Shown in pieces: positions 27,741 to 34,985 of a stretch of DNA of 34,985 bases (positions are counted from its first letter, which is position 1; each line of letters opens with the position of its first letter). The notes beneath the pieces are model-generated. The model was not told the origin of the DNA. It did no database searches and saw only the letters and a list, made by a program, of their open reading frames with translations. The position numbers and the translations under genes were made by a program. Source of the DNA: Planctomycetota bacterium (GTDB lineage Bacteria; Planctomycetota; SZUA-567; H5-PLA8); assembly GCA_038227875.1 (NCBI GenBank), contig JBBRPR010000081.1, positions 1 through 34,985 on the forward strand, given 5' to 3'.

Positions 27741-28922
27741 CTAGCTTTGCAGTACGTCTCCCGCGGCTTCGACGCCGGCTCCGGCGGAGACTTTGCAGCC
27801 CTGCTTCTTCAAGATCGAGCCGAGTGCGCCGAGGAGCAGGAGCACGGGGTTGGCTCGCGCACCTTCGCTCATCAGGCCCACGCGCCAGACCTTGCCTTTC
27901 AGTTCGCCCAGACCGCCGCCGATTTCGATGTTGTGCTGTTCCAGCAGCGCCTTGCGGGTCGCGATGTCGTCGGCGCCGTCGGGGATGCGGACGGTGGTGA
28001 CGGTCGGGCAGCGTTCGGACGCGGTTTCGACGAAGAGCTTCAAGCCCATCGCTTCGACGCCGGCGTAGAGCGCTTTGGCCATGCGCGCGTGGCGGGCGAC
28101 GCGGCCGGCGAGCGTTTCTTCGCGGATCAGCTTCAGGCCTTCACGCAGCGCGTAGGTCATGTTGATCGGGCCGGTGTGGTGGTAGACGCGCTTTTCGTTC
28201 CAGTAGTCGCGGATCAAGTTCAGGTCGAAGTACCAGGAGGTGACCTTGGTCTTGCGCTTGGCGAGGATCTCTTCGGCGCGCTTGCCCAGCGTGATCGGCG
28301 CGACGCCTGGCGGCACACCGAGGCACTTCTGCGAACCGGAGTAGACCACGTCGACGCCCCAGTCGTCGGTGAAGAACTGCGTCCCGCTCAACGAGGCGAC
28401 GGTGTCGACGAGGAGCACGGCGCCGGCGTCGTGGCAGATCTTGGCGATCGCGGGAATTTCCGTCTGCATCACGCCGGTGGAGGTTTCGCCGTGGACCAGC
28501 GCGACGACTTTGGCGGGCTTTTCTTTCAGTGCCTTGGCGATTTCCGCGGGGGGCGTGGCGTGGCCCCAGGGCGTCTTGACTTCGCGCACGTTGGCGCCGT
28601 AGCGCTTCGCGATTTCGGGCATGCGGCCGGCGAAGACGCCGCCGTTGCAGACGATGACTTCATCGCCCGGTTCGACGAGGTTGACCAGCGCCGTTTCCAT
28701 GCCGGCCATGCCGGTGCCGGAGATGGCCAGTGTGAGCGGATTGGTGGTGACGAAGGTTTCGCGCAGCAGTTCCTGAACTTCGTCCATGACCTTGAAGTAG
28801 GTCGGGTCCATGTGCCCGACGATGGGCATAATCATGGCGCGGTAGACGCGCGCCGGCACATTGCTGGGCCCGGGTCCGAGGAGAATGCGCGCCGGGGGAT
28901 CGAGTTCAGGAATCAAGGACAT
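27741..28922 (-). CDS. Alanine-glyoxylate / serine-pyruvate aminotransferase (class V PLP)
   Basis: LLGPGPSNV, VHGETSTGV, VDTVASL, SGSQKCLG (PLP lysine), YHHTGP, WRVGLM. Confidence 0.93.
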   Translation of the reverse strand: MSLIPELDPPARILLGPGPSNVPARVYRAMIMPIVGHMDPTYFKVMDEVQELLRETFVTTNPLTLAISGTGMAGMETALVNLVEPGDEVIVCNGGVFAGRMPEIAKRYGANVREVKTPWGHATPPAEIAKALKEKPAKVVALVHGETSTGVMQTEIPAIAKICHDAGAVLLVDTVASLSGTQFFTDDWGVDVVYSGSQKCLGVPPGVAPITLGKRAEEILAKRKTKVTSWYFDLNLIRDYWNEKRVYHHTGPINMTYALREGLKLIREETLAGRVARHARMAKALYAGVEAMGLKLFVETASERCPTVTTVRIPDGADDIATRKALLEQHNIEIGGGLGELKGKVWRVGLMSEGARANPVLLLLGALGSILKKQGCKVSAGAGVEAAGDVLQS

Positions 28923-28996
28923 GAGTGGCTCCTATGGCGATGGGTTGCGTGTTGGAGAAAGTATAGTTATCAGGATCAGTTCCGTTTTCCAGCGCG

Positions 28997-29974
28997 CTAA
29001 GGCGCGCGCGCGTCGCACACCGTGGCACCCTCGATGACCTGAAACCGCGCGCAGGGGGTGAGGGCTTTGCCGGTGCGGATGATTTCGGCGGCTTGCATTG
29101 CCAGGGACTTGAAGGGGTACTCCAGCGTCGTGATGTCGGCGTGGAGGGCGCGGAAGGTGGGGCTGGCGTCGACGCCCAGCACGGAAACTTCGCGCGGAAC
29201 GGCGATGCCGTTTTTCTCCAGCGCGCGGAGCGTGGAGACGGCCAGCCAATCGTTGTGGCAGAAGAGCGCGGTGGCGTGGTGGGTGCGGAGCGCGGCGAGC
29301 AGCAGCGCGTCGTCGGGGCGGGCGAGGACGATGGGCTTGAGTCCGCGCTGCTGCATGGCGAGCTTGTAACCCTTCTCGCGGGCGATCACACCGTGAGCCC
29401 GGCGCGCGTACGTAAGATGAAGGATGGAGCGGTGGCCGCGGCCGTAGAGGTACTCCACGGCGTCGGCGCCGGTCTGGGTTTCGTCGGGCGTCAGGAACCA
29501 GACGTTGCTGCCTTTGCAGGGGCTGACCAGCGAGATCAATTTCATTTCGCGGGTGAGCGTGGCGGGGATTTTCAGGCTCTCCTCGGGCGGGACAGCCAGC
29601 ACCGCGGTGCAGCGGCGCGCGGCGAAGTCTTCGAGCGCTTCGAGAAACTCCTGGGCGTTGGCGACGGGAGAGATCAGGAGCCGATAGCTGTTCTCGGCAG
29701 CGGTGGCGCCGCCCTGGCGGAGTTCGGTCTTGATCGCGCTGAGCAGGTCGAGAAAGAAGATGCTGTTGATGCTGGGGACCAGGGCGCCGACGGTGGTGCT
29801 TTTGCCGCTGAGCAGTTCGCGGACGAGCGGGTTGGGGCGGTAGCCGTATTTCTGAGCGGCTTTGAGGATGCGCTCCTTGGTGGCGGCGCTGATCTCGCCG
29901 CGTCCGTGGAGCGCGCGGTCGACAGTGCCTTGGGAGACGCCGCAGATGCGGGCGAGTTCGAGAGAGGAGATCAT
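28997..29974 (-). CDS. LacI-family transcriptional regulator
   Basis: ELARICGVSQGTVDRALHG...YGYRPN HTH; ALFCHNDWLA, VPREVSVLGVD. Confidence 0.92.
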   Translation of the reverse strand: MISSLELARICGVSQGTVDRALHGRGEISAATKERILKAAQKYGYRPNPLVRELLSGKSTTVGALVPSINSIFFLDLLSAIKTELRQGGATAAENSYRLLISPVANAQEFLEALEDFAARRCTAVLAVPPEESLKIPATLTREMKLISLVSPCKGSNVWFLTPDETQTGADAVEYLYGRGHRSILHLTYARRAHGVIAREKGYKLAMQQRGLKPIVLARPDDALLLAALRTHHATALFCHNDWLAVSTLRALEKNGIAVPREVSVLGVDASPTFRALHADITTLEYPFKSLAMQAAEIIRTGKALTPCARFQVIEGATVCDARAP

Positions 29975-30099
29975 GGGCCGTGGGCCTCGAACGGCATTTC
30001 GGATTGCGGATTTCGGATTGCGGATTGGGTCGGCATGGTTGGTTGGGGAGTATAGCGCGGGAAAGGGGATTGGGGAATCGGGATTCGTTCTCCACGTGC

Positions 30100-30127
30100 A
30101 ATGTTACGGAATGTTACCAAATGTTAC
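30100..30127. promoter_or_regulatory. Three AATGTTAC direct repeats at 10-bp period
   Basis: AATGTTAC at 30100, 30110 and 30120, upstream of the LacI gene. Confidence 0.45.
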
Positions 30128-30295
30128 ATCGATTGGGGTCTCCTTTTCAGTGCACAGGGGGCGTGCGGGGCGCTCTGGCGAGGTCAGAATCCAGTCCGGC
30201 TAAAAGTGGTCGGTAACGGCGGTGGCGCTTCGCGCGCGTGTTCGGTATGAAACGGGAGCGTCGCATATTTTCTATACACTATTAAGCAGTTCTCG

Positions 30296-30374
30296 AACCC
30301 AAAAGTCAAGTGTTTTCTTTGTATTTATGAAAAAAGATTTTATAATACAGAATATGCATGAGGCGCACGGTGTG
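30296..30374. repeat. Copy 1 of a 79-bp AT-rich promoter-like direct repeat
   Basis: 72/79 identical to 30674..30752 by manual alignment. Confidence 0.9.
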
Positions 30375-30392
30375 AGGCGGAGGTGCGGGACA

Positions 30393-30420
30393 GTTTTGAG
30401 TTTTGAGTTTTGAGTTTTGA
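30393..30420. repeat. (GTTTTGA)4 heptamer tandem repeat
   Basis: Read directly from the sequence. Confidence 0.9.
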
Positions 30421-30673
30421 GTGATGGGTGTTGAATGAGGGTGATCTCTCGATGGGTCGCGGCAGCGACCTTGTTAGTTGCGTTCTGAGGGGCTGTGGAT
30501 GAGTCGGGCATCGGAATGGCCTTTCGATCGGGTTAGAGCTGGGGAAGCGGTTGCAGGCTTCTGGGACGCAATTGTGGGGCAGTTCTGAAATCAACGGGCT
30601 GGTAACTTGGACTACGGGGACCGGGACCAGATTGGGATAATGGGTTTTCTCTATAGTATATAAGCGGTCGAGA

Positions 30674-30752
30674 AACCCAAAAGTCAAGTGTTTTATTTTA
30701 ATTTAGTAAAAAAGATTTTATAATACAGGATGTGCATGAGGCGCACGGTGTG
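30674..30752. repeat. Copy 2 of the 79-bp direct repeat
   Basis: AACCCAAAAGTCAAGTGTTTT...TTTTATAATACAG...TGCATGAGGCGCACGGTGTG, 378 bp from copy 1. Confidence 0.9.
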
Positions 30753-30787
30753 GGGTGGTTTTGAGTTGAGGGGCACCGCCTGACGGC

Positions 30788-30825
30788 AACGCGCCTGACG
30801 CAGCTGTCGCCGCGGCAGGCGCGTT
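30788..30825. terminator. Stem-loop downstream of the DUF3034-like gene
   Basis: AACGCGCCTG...CAGGCGCGTT inverted repeat; no clear U tract in the gene direction. Confidence 0.4.
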
Positions 30826-30869
30826 CCTGTCCTTTTCACAATGTCCGTACGTTGGGTTGCCCGCCTACT

Positions 30870-31841
30870 TCAAAACTCCCACTTAAACTTCGCGCCCCAC
30901 ACGGCCTTGGCGTTGGTGTCGAGCACCTGGCCGAAATAGCCATAGCCGACTGTGAAGACGCCGCGCGTGTTGATCAGGTATGCGACATCCACCGTGAACC
31001 AGTCGTGCTCGTGGCCGACCAGCGCGCCGACGGTTTTGTAGTTGCACAGCTTCTGGCGGTATTCTCCGGCCAGGAGCAGGTTGTCGCGTATGAACAGCCC
31101 GAAATTCGCTTCCGCCGTCGCGTGGTAATCGCGCGTGAAGCCCAGCAGACCGGTCTGGGCGTCGCGGCTGGCGCGGACCCCGGCGCTCACCAGGAAGGGG
31201 CGCGGCAACTGCTTGAAGAGCTTGGTCGTCACCAGCGTGTATTCCAGATCGTCTTTGCGCGTCACGCCGAGGGCCGAGAGCGTGTGACCGAGATCGTTAT
31301 TGAGTTCGTTGTAGCCGAGGTTGTATTTGAAATGCACGCCCGCGGTCACGGCCGGCACCCACGACGCGTATTCGCCTTCCTTGACCAGCATGCCGCGCAG
31401 ATTCGCGTTCAACATGTCGACGGCGTCGCGATCCACTTTCAGGCCGGTGGCCGCCGTCAGCTTGCGCGGCAGATGCCCGAGATCGAAATGTTCCCACGCG
31501 AACCCCGTCTCGATCCGGCCGAGGATGTTTTCGGTGAGCGTGGTGGAGGTCAGGAATTTTCCATCGCTGAGATTGGCGTAGTGGCCTTCGACGGTCGGCA
31601 AACCAAACCATTTGTCCTTGGAGGGCGGATTACACATATACGCGGTGGAGGTGATGAAGATTCCGCTGCACCCTTCGACGTTATGCAGCGGCAGTGGCGC
31701 GCCTTTCTCCGGTTTGCAATCGCACGCTTCTTTGGCGGCCTCCGTGGCCGGAGCTGGCTGCGGTTTTTCAGCCGCGTTCTCCGCCGCGAACGCCGAAATG
31801 GAAAGCACGCACAACACCACTGCAGCCAACCCGATTTTCAT
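30870..31841 (-). CDS. DUF3034-like outer-membrane beta-barrel protein
   Basis: Signal peptide; PLPLHNVEGCSGIFITSTAY, PAVTAGVHFK, GLLGF, LAGEYRQK, EHDW motifs; C-terminal KFKWEF. Confidence 0.72.
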   Translation of the reverse strand: MKIGLAAVVLCVLSISAFAAENAAEKPQPAPATEAAKEACDCKPEKGAPLPLHNVEGCSGIFITSTAYMCNPPSKDKWFGLPTVEGHYANLSDGKFLTSTTLTENILGRIETGFAWEHFDLGHLPRKLTAATGLKVDRDAVDMLNANLRGMLVKEGEYASWVPAVTAGVHFKYNLGYNELNNDLGHTLSALGVTRKDDLEYTLVTTKLFKQLPRPFLVSAGVRASRDAQTGLLGFTRDYHATAEANFGLFIRDNLLLAGEYRQKLCNYKTVGALVGHEHDWFTVDVAYLINTRGVFTVGYGYFGQVLDTNAKAVWGAKFKWEF

Positions 31842-31924
31842 TCCAAAAGCTCCCCTCAAAAGTCAGCGGTTGCCCAAGGGCAATGCGCCTAAAGTTGCGA
31901 CGTGTGAAAGAATCGAAAGCGCTT

Positions 31925-31941
31925 TGCAAAAAGTGGGCCGT
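31925..31941 (-). promoter_or_regulatory. Candidate sigma54 (-24/-12) promoter
   Basis: Minus strand ACGGCCCACTTTTTGCA has GG-N10-GC with TTGCA, about 85 bp upstream of the DUF3034-like start. Confidence 0.45.
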
Positions 31942-32180
31942 TGTGGTCACGAATTTAAACCATTGGGATTGTTGAACTTTGGCGACGGATGAAGCTGGCG
32001 ATTTTCGCTGAACTGAAGAAGACGGTGTCAGTTTTTGAAAGGTGAAGTCGATGCGTAATTCTGAGAATTGAAAAAGCGTGGGGTGGTTTCAGAATTCACG
32101 CGGGCGCGTCTTACGCGCAAAGTTGCAAAGTTGCAAAGGGCGCTAAGAACGGATTTGGGGAGGAGGTCAGGGGTCCTGAA

Positions 32181-32246
32181 CCCCGCATAAATTATTCCCT
32201 CCGCAAACACAATTGAACTTCGACACAGCATCGGACGCACACAGGC
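32181..32246. repeat. Copy 1 of a 64-66 bp direct repeat in the AT-rich island
   Basis: CCCCGCATAAATTATTCCCTCCGCAAACACAATTGAACTTCGACACAGCATCGGACGCACACAGGC; differs from 33376..33439 by one substitution and a 2-bp indel. Confidence 0.92.
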
Positions 32247-32270
32247 GCACCGGCAATAGGACTAATTAAT

Positions 32271-32777
32271 TTATTGAAAAGGCTGCGATAAATCAATTAA
32301 TGCTCCGGTTTCTGTGTCGCGATATTCCCAGGAATGCTCTGATATTTTTTCTCCTTTAGCTAATCGACCAACAACATCTAATAGGCCAAATGTAAAGCTA
32401 ACTGCACCAAGGCTCTGGAGTTCAAGCTTTAGTTCGTATTCTGGATTAGCGTCACGAAGTTCCGCCCAAATGATAACATCGTTTCGCCCCTTCAATGCAG
32501 AGTCGGCGAAGGCATTCCAATTCGTGGTTATGACTTGTCCATTTACGACTACATTCTCGACGTTGCTAAAACGCAATTTGCGAAAGTCCTTTGGAGGAGC
32601 AGTCTCATTGGAAATTAATTGATTCTGACTAACTTTAAACCAATCAGAGACGACCTCGGCAGCATAGTCGATGACGAGAATAATGTACTTATCGCCATTA
32701 TTGAACTCCAACGTTAGAACGCGGCTCTCGCGGAGAGATATCCTCTTAAAATAGTCCATGATATTAACAATGTTCAT
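32271..32777 (-). CDS. Hypothetical protein, putative immunity protein (loosely Imm50-like)
   Basis: GGAGG RBS directly after the stop of the toxin-like frame; AT-rich codons; LRESRVLTLEF and LRFSNVENVVVNG patterns. Confidence 0.55.
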   Translation of the reverse strand: MNIVNIMDYFKRISLRESRVLTLEFNNGDKYIILVIDYAAEVVSDWFKVSQNQLISNETAPPKDFRKLRFSNVENVVVNGQVITTNWNAFADSALKGRNDVIIWAELRDANPEYELKLELQSLGAVSFTFGLLDVVGRLAKGEKISEHSWEYRDTETGALIDLSQPFQ

Positions 32778-32790
32778 TTTAGTCGGCCTC

Positions 32791-33138
32791 CTATCTACTT
32801 TGTGGTATTATGTGTGTCTTTTGATGAAACATTGGGTCGCTATCAGGGACTACATTACCATCAGCGTCTAAAAATTCGCCATTTTCATTTTGCCATCTGA
32901 AGTATCCTTGCTGTTCATGGTAAAATTTAGCATCTTTATCGGGGTACATATACCGAAGGCGTTCTTGATTATTAGCATCAACAAACTTCCACCCATGGCC
33001 TCCCGAAGCTTTCTTTTGCTTCCAATTTTTCGGTGCAGTCGCGCGAGCTTTTTCTGGGCTCTTGCCCCGTAAACTTTTCCAACAGATGTTTCCCGCATTC
33101 GGTGTGGCCCCTACGAGTAAAACTAAGCGGATTTGTGT
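32791..33138 (-). pseudogene. Start-less polymorphic-toxin-like C-terminal domain (possible nuclease)
   Basis: Open frame absent from the ORF track: ...KNWKQKKASGGHGWKFVDANNQERLRYMYPDKDAKFYHEQQGYFRWQNENGEFLDADGNVVPDSDPMFHQKTHIIPQSR*; in-frame stop at 33139-33141 and no upstream start. Confidence 0.6.
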
Positions 33139-33232
33139 TTAAAGGGCAGAGTAAATCGCTTCCTCAGACAAGCCATCGCTAAGCCAGGCACTACGGTTTG
33201 CAGGGTGGCCGATAGTCGTTCGCCACCCTGCG

Positions 33233-33318
33233 TGAGATACCCCCGATATTTGGTCCAGTAAGAGTTAGAGGATTTGTGACCTGCCCCCTGAAATTTGAGC
33301 CAGCCTGAAATAGAGGAT
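33233..33318. mobile_element. Two tandem orphan IS3-family-like terminal repeats
   Basis: TGAGATACCCCCGATATTTGGTCCAG...TAGAGGAT (33233) and TGACCTGCCCCCTGAAATTTGAGCCAG...TAGAGGAT (33277) resemble each other and the IS end at 34850. Confidence 0.6.
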
Positions 33319-33375
33319 CACTGTACATTTGTTCTCCCGTGTTTCATCGCACGCCTAGGGGTGATCGCGCTCGCG

Positions 33376-33439
33376 CCCCGCATAAATTATTCCCTTCGCA
33401 AACAATTGAACTTCGACACAGCATCGGACGCACACAGGC
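33376..33439. repeat. Copy 2 of the 64-66 bp direct repeat
   Basis: Near-identical to 32181..32246. Confidence 0.92.
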
Positions 33440-33462
33440 CGCAGCAGGGTAGGCGGATTTAC

Positions 33463-33627
33463 TCAACCACTAATACTAATTAAGCGTGAGTCTGACTCGG
33501 GAAGTACGACAGCGTTAACGGGGACCGGCTTTGGCGCCGAAACTGGGGCATCGCCTGCGACTACTATTCTCGAAATCAATATTATTGCCGCGGCAACGGC
33601 ATAGCCACAATTCAACAGAATCTTCAT
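33463..33627 (-). pseudogene. 54-aa signal-peptide-bearing ORF, probably a truncated gene
   Basis: GGAGGAGG RBS then MKILLNCGYAVAAAIILISRIVVAGDAPVSAPKP...ISISG*; stops just before repeat copy 2. Confidence 0.5.
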
Positions 33628-33673
33628 ACAACCCTCCTCCACATTGTTACTCGCAATTCAAGCGTCGTCAATT

Positions 33674-34435
33674 TTACTTGTGCTCTTTGGCATCCGTATC
33701 CAAAGCATCTAGAAATATTTTCAATTCGGCGCGCGAGTCAGTCGACAAATTTGCTATGACAGGCGTCCAAACGTCGTCCTTTGCGACTGTCACCAAAAGT
33801 TCACATCTGTCCTCGATCGATTGTGCACCATCTAGCCATAGGCGACACAATGATTTCAAAGCCTGCACGGTATGGAATCCATTAATACTCCGAACAATTA
33901 ATCGTCGCACTGCGGACTTTTCTCGAATAGTTCTCAAGCGCTTGGGCTTCCAAATATAGAATAATTCCAAAAATTGAATTGACTCCTCCGATTTAATGGT
34001 GTCTAAAAGTTCAAACGAGTACGCATAATCAGTTGCCGACAAGATTAGACCATATTCAACAGCTGGAAGAAACGACACGTTACCATATTGCTTCAAAACA
34101 CTCTCTTTCGTGTGAATTGGAGGGCTTTGCCTTTGAGTTGATGTCGGAATTGTTCGATTGACAACGGCACCATTCGCCAAGCGACGAGCTAAATAGGGAC
34201 AGTCCTTGTCGGCTGCAACCGCCAAAAGCTCAGTGTTGGAGAATTTTTCCAACGCTTTTACTCTTAAGTTAAACTTCTGATTTTCATCAATACTGTTTAC
34301 CTCCGCCTCAAGATGGGCAGCAATGTGAATGCATACATCGCGCGCACTCTCTTGCATCTGATCCACCTCTTCACAATGGCAAGTAAATATCAAAGTCCAG
34401 ACAGTGACAGTCATCGCGCGAATTGACCACTTCAT
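33674..34435 (-). CDS. Hypothetical exported helical protein, translationally coupled to the PAD-like gene
   Basis: Signal-peptide-like MKWSIRAMTVTVWTLIFTCHC; ATGA overlap with the upstream stop; AT-rich codons. Confidence 0.7.
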   Translation of the reverse strand: MKWSIRAMTVTVWTLIFTCHCEEVDQMQESARDVCIHIAAHLEAEVNSIDENQKFNLRVKALEKFSNTELLAVAADKDCPYLARRLANGAVVNRTIPTSTQRQSPPIHTKESVLKQYGNVSFLPAVEYGLILSATDYAYSFELLDTIKSEESIQFLELFYIWKPKRLRTIREKSAVRRLIVRSINGFHTVQALKSLCRLWLDGAQSIEDRCELLVTVAKDDVWTPVIANLSTDSRAELKIFLDALDTDAKEHK

Positions 34436-34849
34436 TTTCTAGCCTCCCACCACTTGAAGTCAAATCGCTCACGCTTTGCAACCATTCCACAATGGATGTC
34501 CCCACCCAAAATGTGATAGTCGTCCCAATCCGAAACCCAGGAAGCATTAGGAAACTTTGATTGAGAAGCTACATTACTTTCAAAAATGTCGTTGCCAAAT
34601 AACTTTGACAAATACTGCTTTGGAAACAGAACCCTTCCATCCGATACTTGAAGATTAGCCAAATTCGGAGTTAACGCCTCAGCTAGAAAGGGCTTGTGCT
34701 TCTGTCCGTCAATTTGTCCTGAATACAGAACGGGTACTTTCACGACTCCAAGGGATTTGGCTATTGCATCCCTCGCTTCATCAATTATCAACTGAACCGC
34801 ATCATTATAATCATATAAATCACTATTTTGAATTTCATATACGGTCACG
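34432..34849 (-). pseudogene. C-terminal part of a protein-arginine deiminase (PAD)-like gene, interrupted by an IS
   Basis: LTPNLANLQV...LFPKQY and WVSDWDDYHILGGDIHCGMVAKR...KWWE match the PAD C-terminal pattern (DDW..YH...GEVHCGT...WW) including the catalytic Cys; upstream sequence is IS DNA. Confidence 0.75.
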
Positions 34850-34985
34850 TGACCTGCTCCCCAAAAACTGAACCAGGTGTTATGAGAGTTCTTAGGCCTG
34901 AAGAGGCCGGAAGGGATTCTCATGAAACGCAAGAGGCACAGTCCAGAGCAGATCATCGCCAAGCTGAGGGAGGCGGATACGGCGC
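34850..34985 (+). mobile_element. Left end of an IS3-family element with start of transposase OrfA (34922 onward); partial
   Basis: Terminus TGACCTGCTCCCCAAAAACTGAACCA followed by MKRKRHSPEQIIAKLREADTA, a typical IS3 (IS407-group-like) OrfA N-terminus. Confidence 0.88.

Noticed and set aside
30393..30420. GTTTTGAG repeats resembling the start of type II CRISPR repeats
   Set aside because: Contiguous heptamers with no spacers and no cas genes.
30296..30752. Diversity-generating retroelement TR/VR pair
   Set aside because: Mismatches are not confined to adenines, neither copy lies in a credible gene end, and no reverse transcriptase is present.
32868..33098. Tracked 76-aa minus-strand ORF
   Set aside because: An overlapping frame (32791..33138) is more protein-like and abuts the next RBS, so this one is probably spurious.
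33160..33185. SDGL as an Rhs DPxG cleavage motif upstream of the toxin-like frame
   Set aside because: Lacks the PxxxxDPxG pattern and is separated from the domain by a stop codon.
32181..33439. Integron attC sites or Xer dif sites
   Set aside because: No RYYYAAC/GTTRRRY-bounded palindrome; CGCATAA resembles a XerC arm but no XerD arm follows.
34849..34962. N-terminus of ORF 34432..34962, including GHV resembling the PAD GHVDE motif
   Set aside because: Encoded by the antisense IS3 end and junction; coincidental.

Overview
GC-rich bacterial chromosomal segment; the gene and repeat repertoire suggests a PVC/Planctomycetota-like organism, but this is inference only. From left to right it contains: two tandem phosphate-selective-porin-like genes, a PKD-domain protein and an isolated pstB with candidate Pho boxes; a DNRLRE/Ig protein, an orphan nucleotidyltransferase and pgi; two ECF sigma/zinc-binding anti-sigma pairs with unusual sensor domains; a SulP-STAS-cNMP transporter, ABC ATPase, SGNH hydrolase, DUF503, saccharopine-dehydrogenase-like and LarA-like genes; a glycogen cluster (receiver, glgC, DUF4912, GH57); an aminotransferase, a LacI regulator and a DUF3034-like barrel. 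Intergenic DNA carries three different REP/REPIN-like elements, many heptamer tandem repeats and a duplicated 79-bp promoter-like block. The last ~2.8 kb is an AT-richer island that looks like a decaying polymorphic toxin/immunity locus. It holds a protein-arginine-deiminase-like C-terminus cut by an IS3-family element and coupled to a secreted protein, a start-less toxin-like domain missed by the ORF track followed by an immunity-like gene, 64-66 bp direct repeats, and orphan IS3 ends. All family assignments come from motif recognition by eye; no searches were run.
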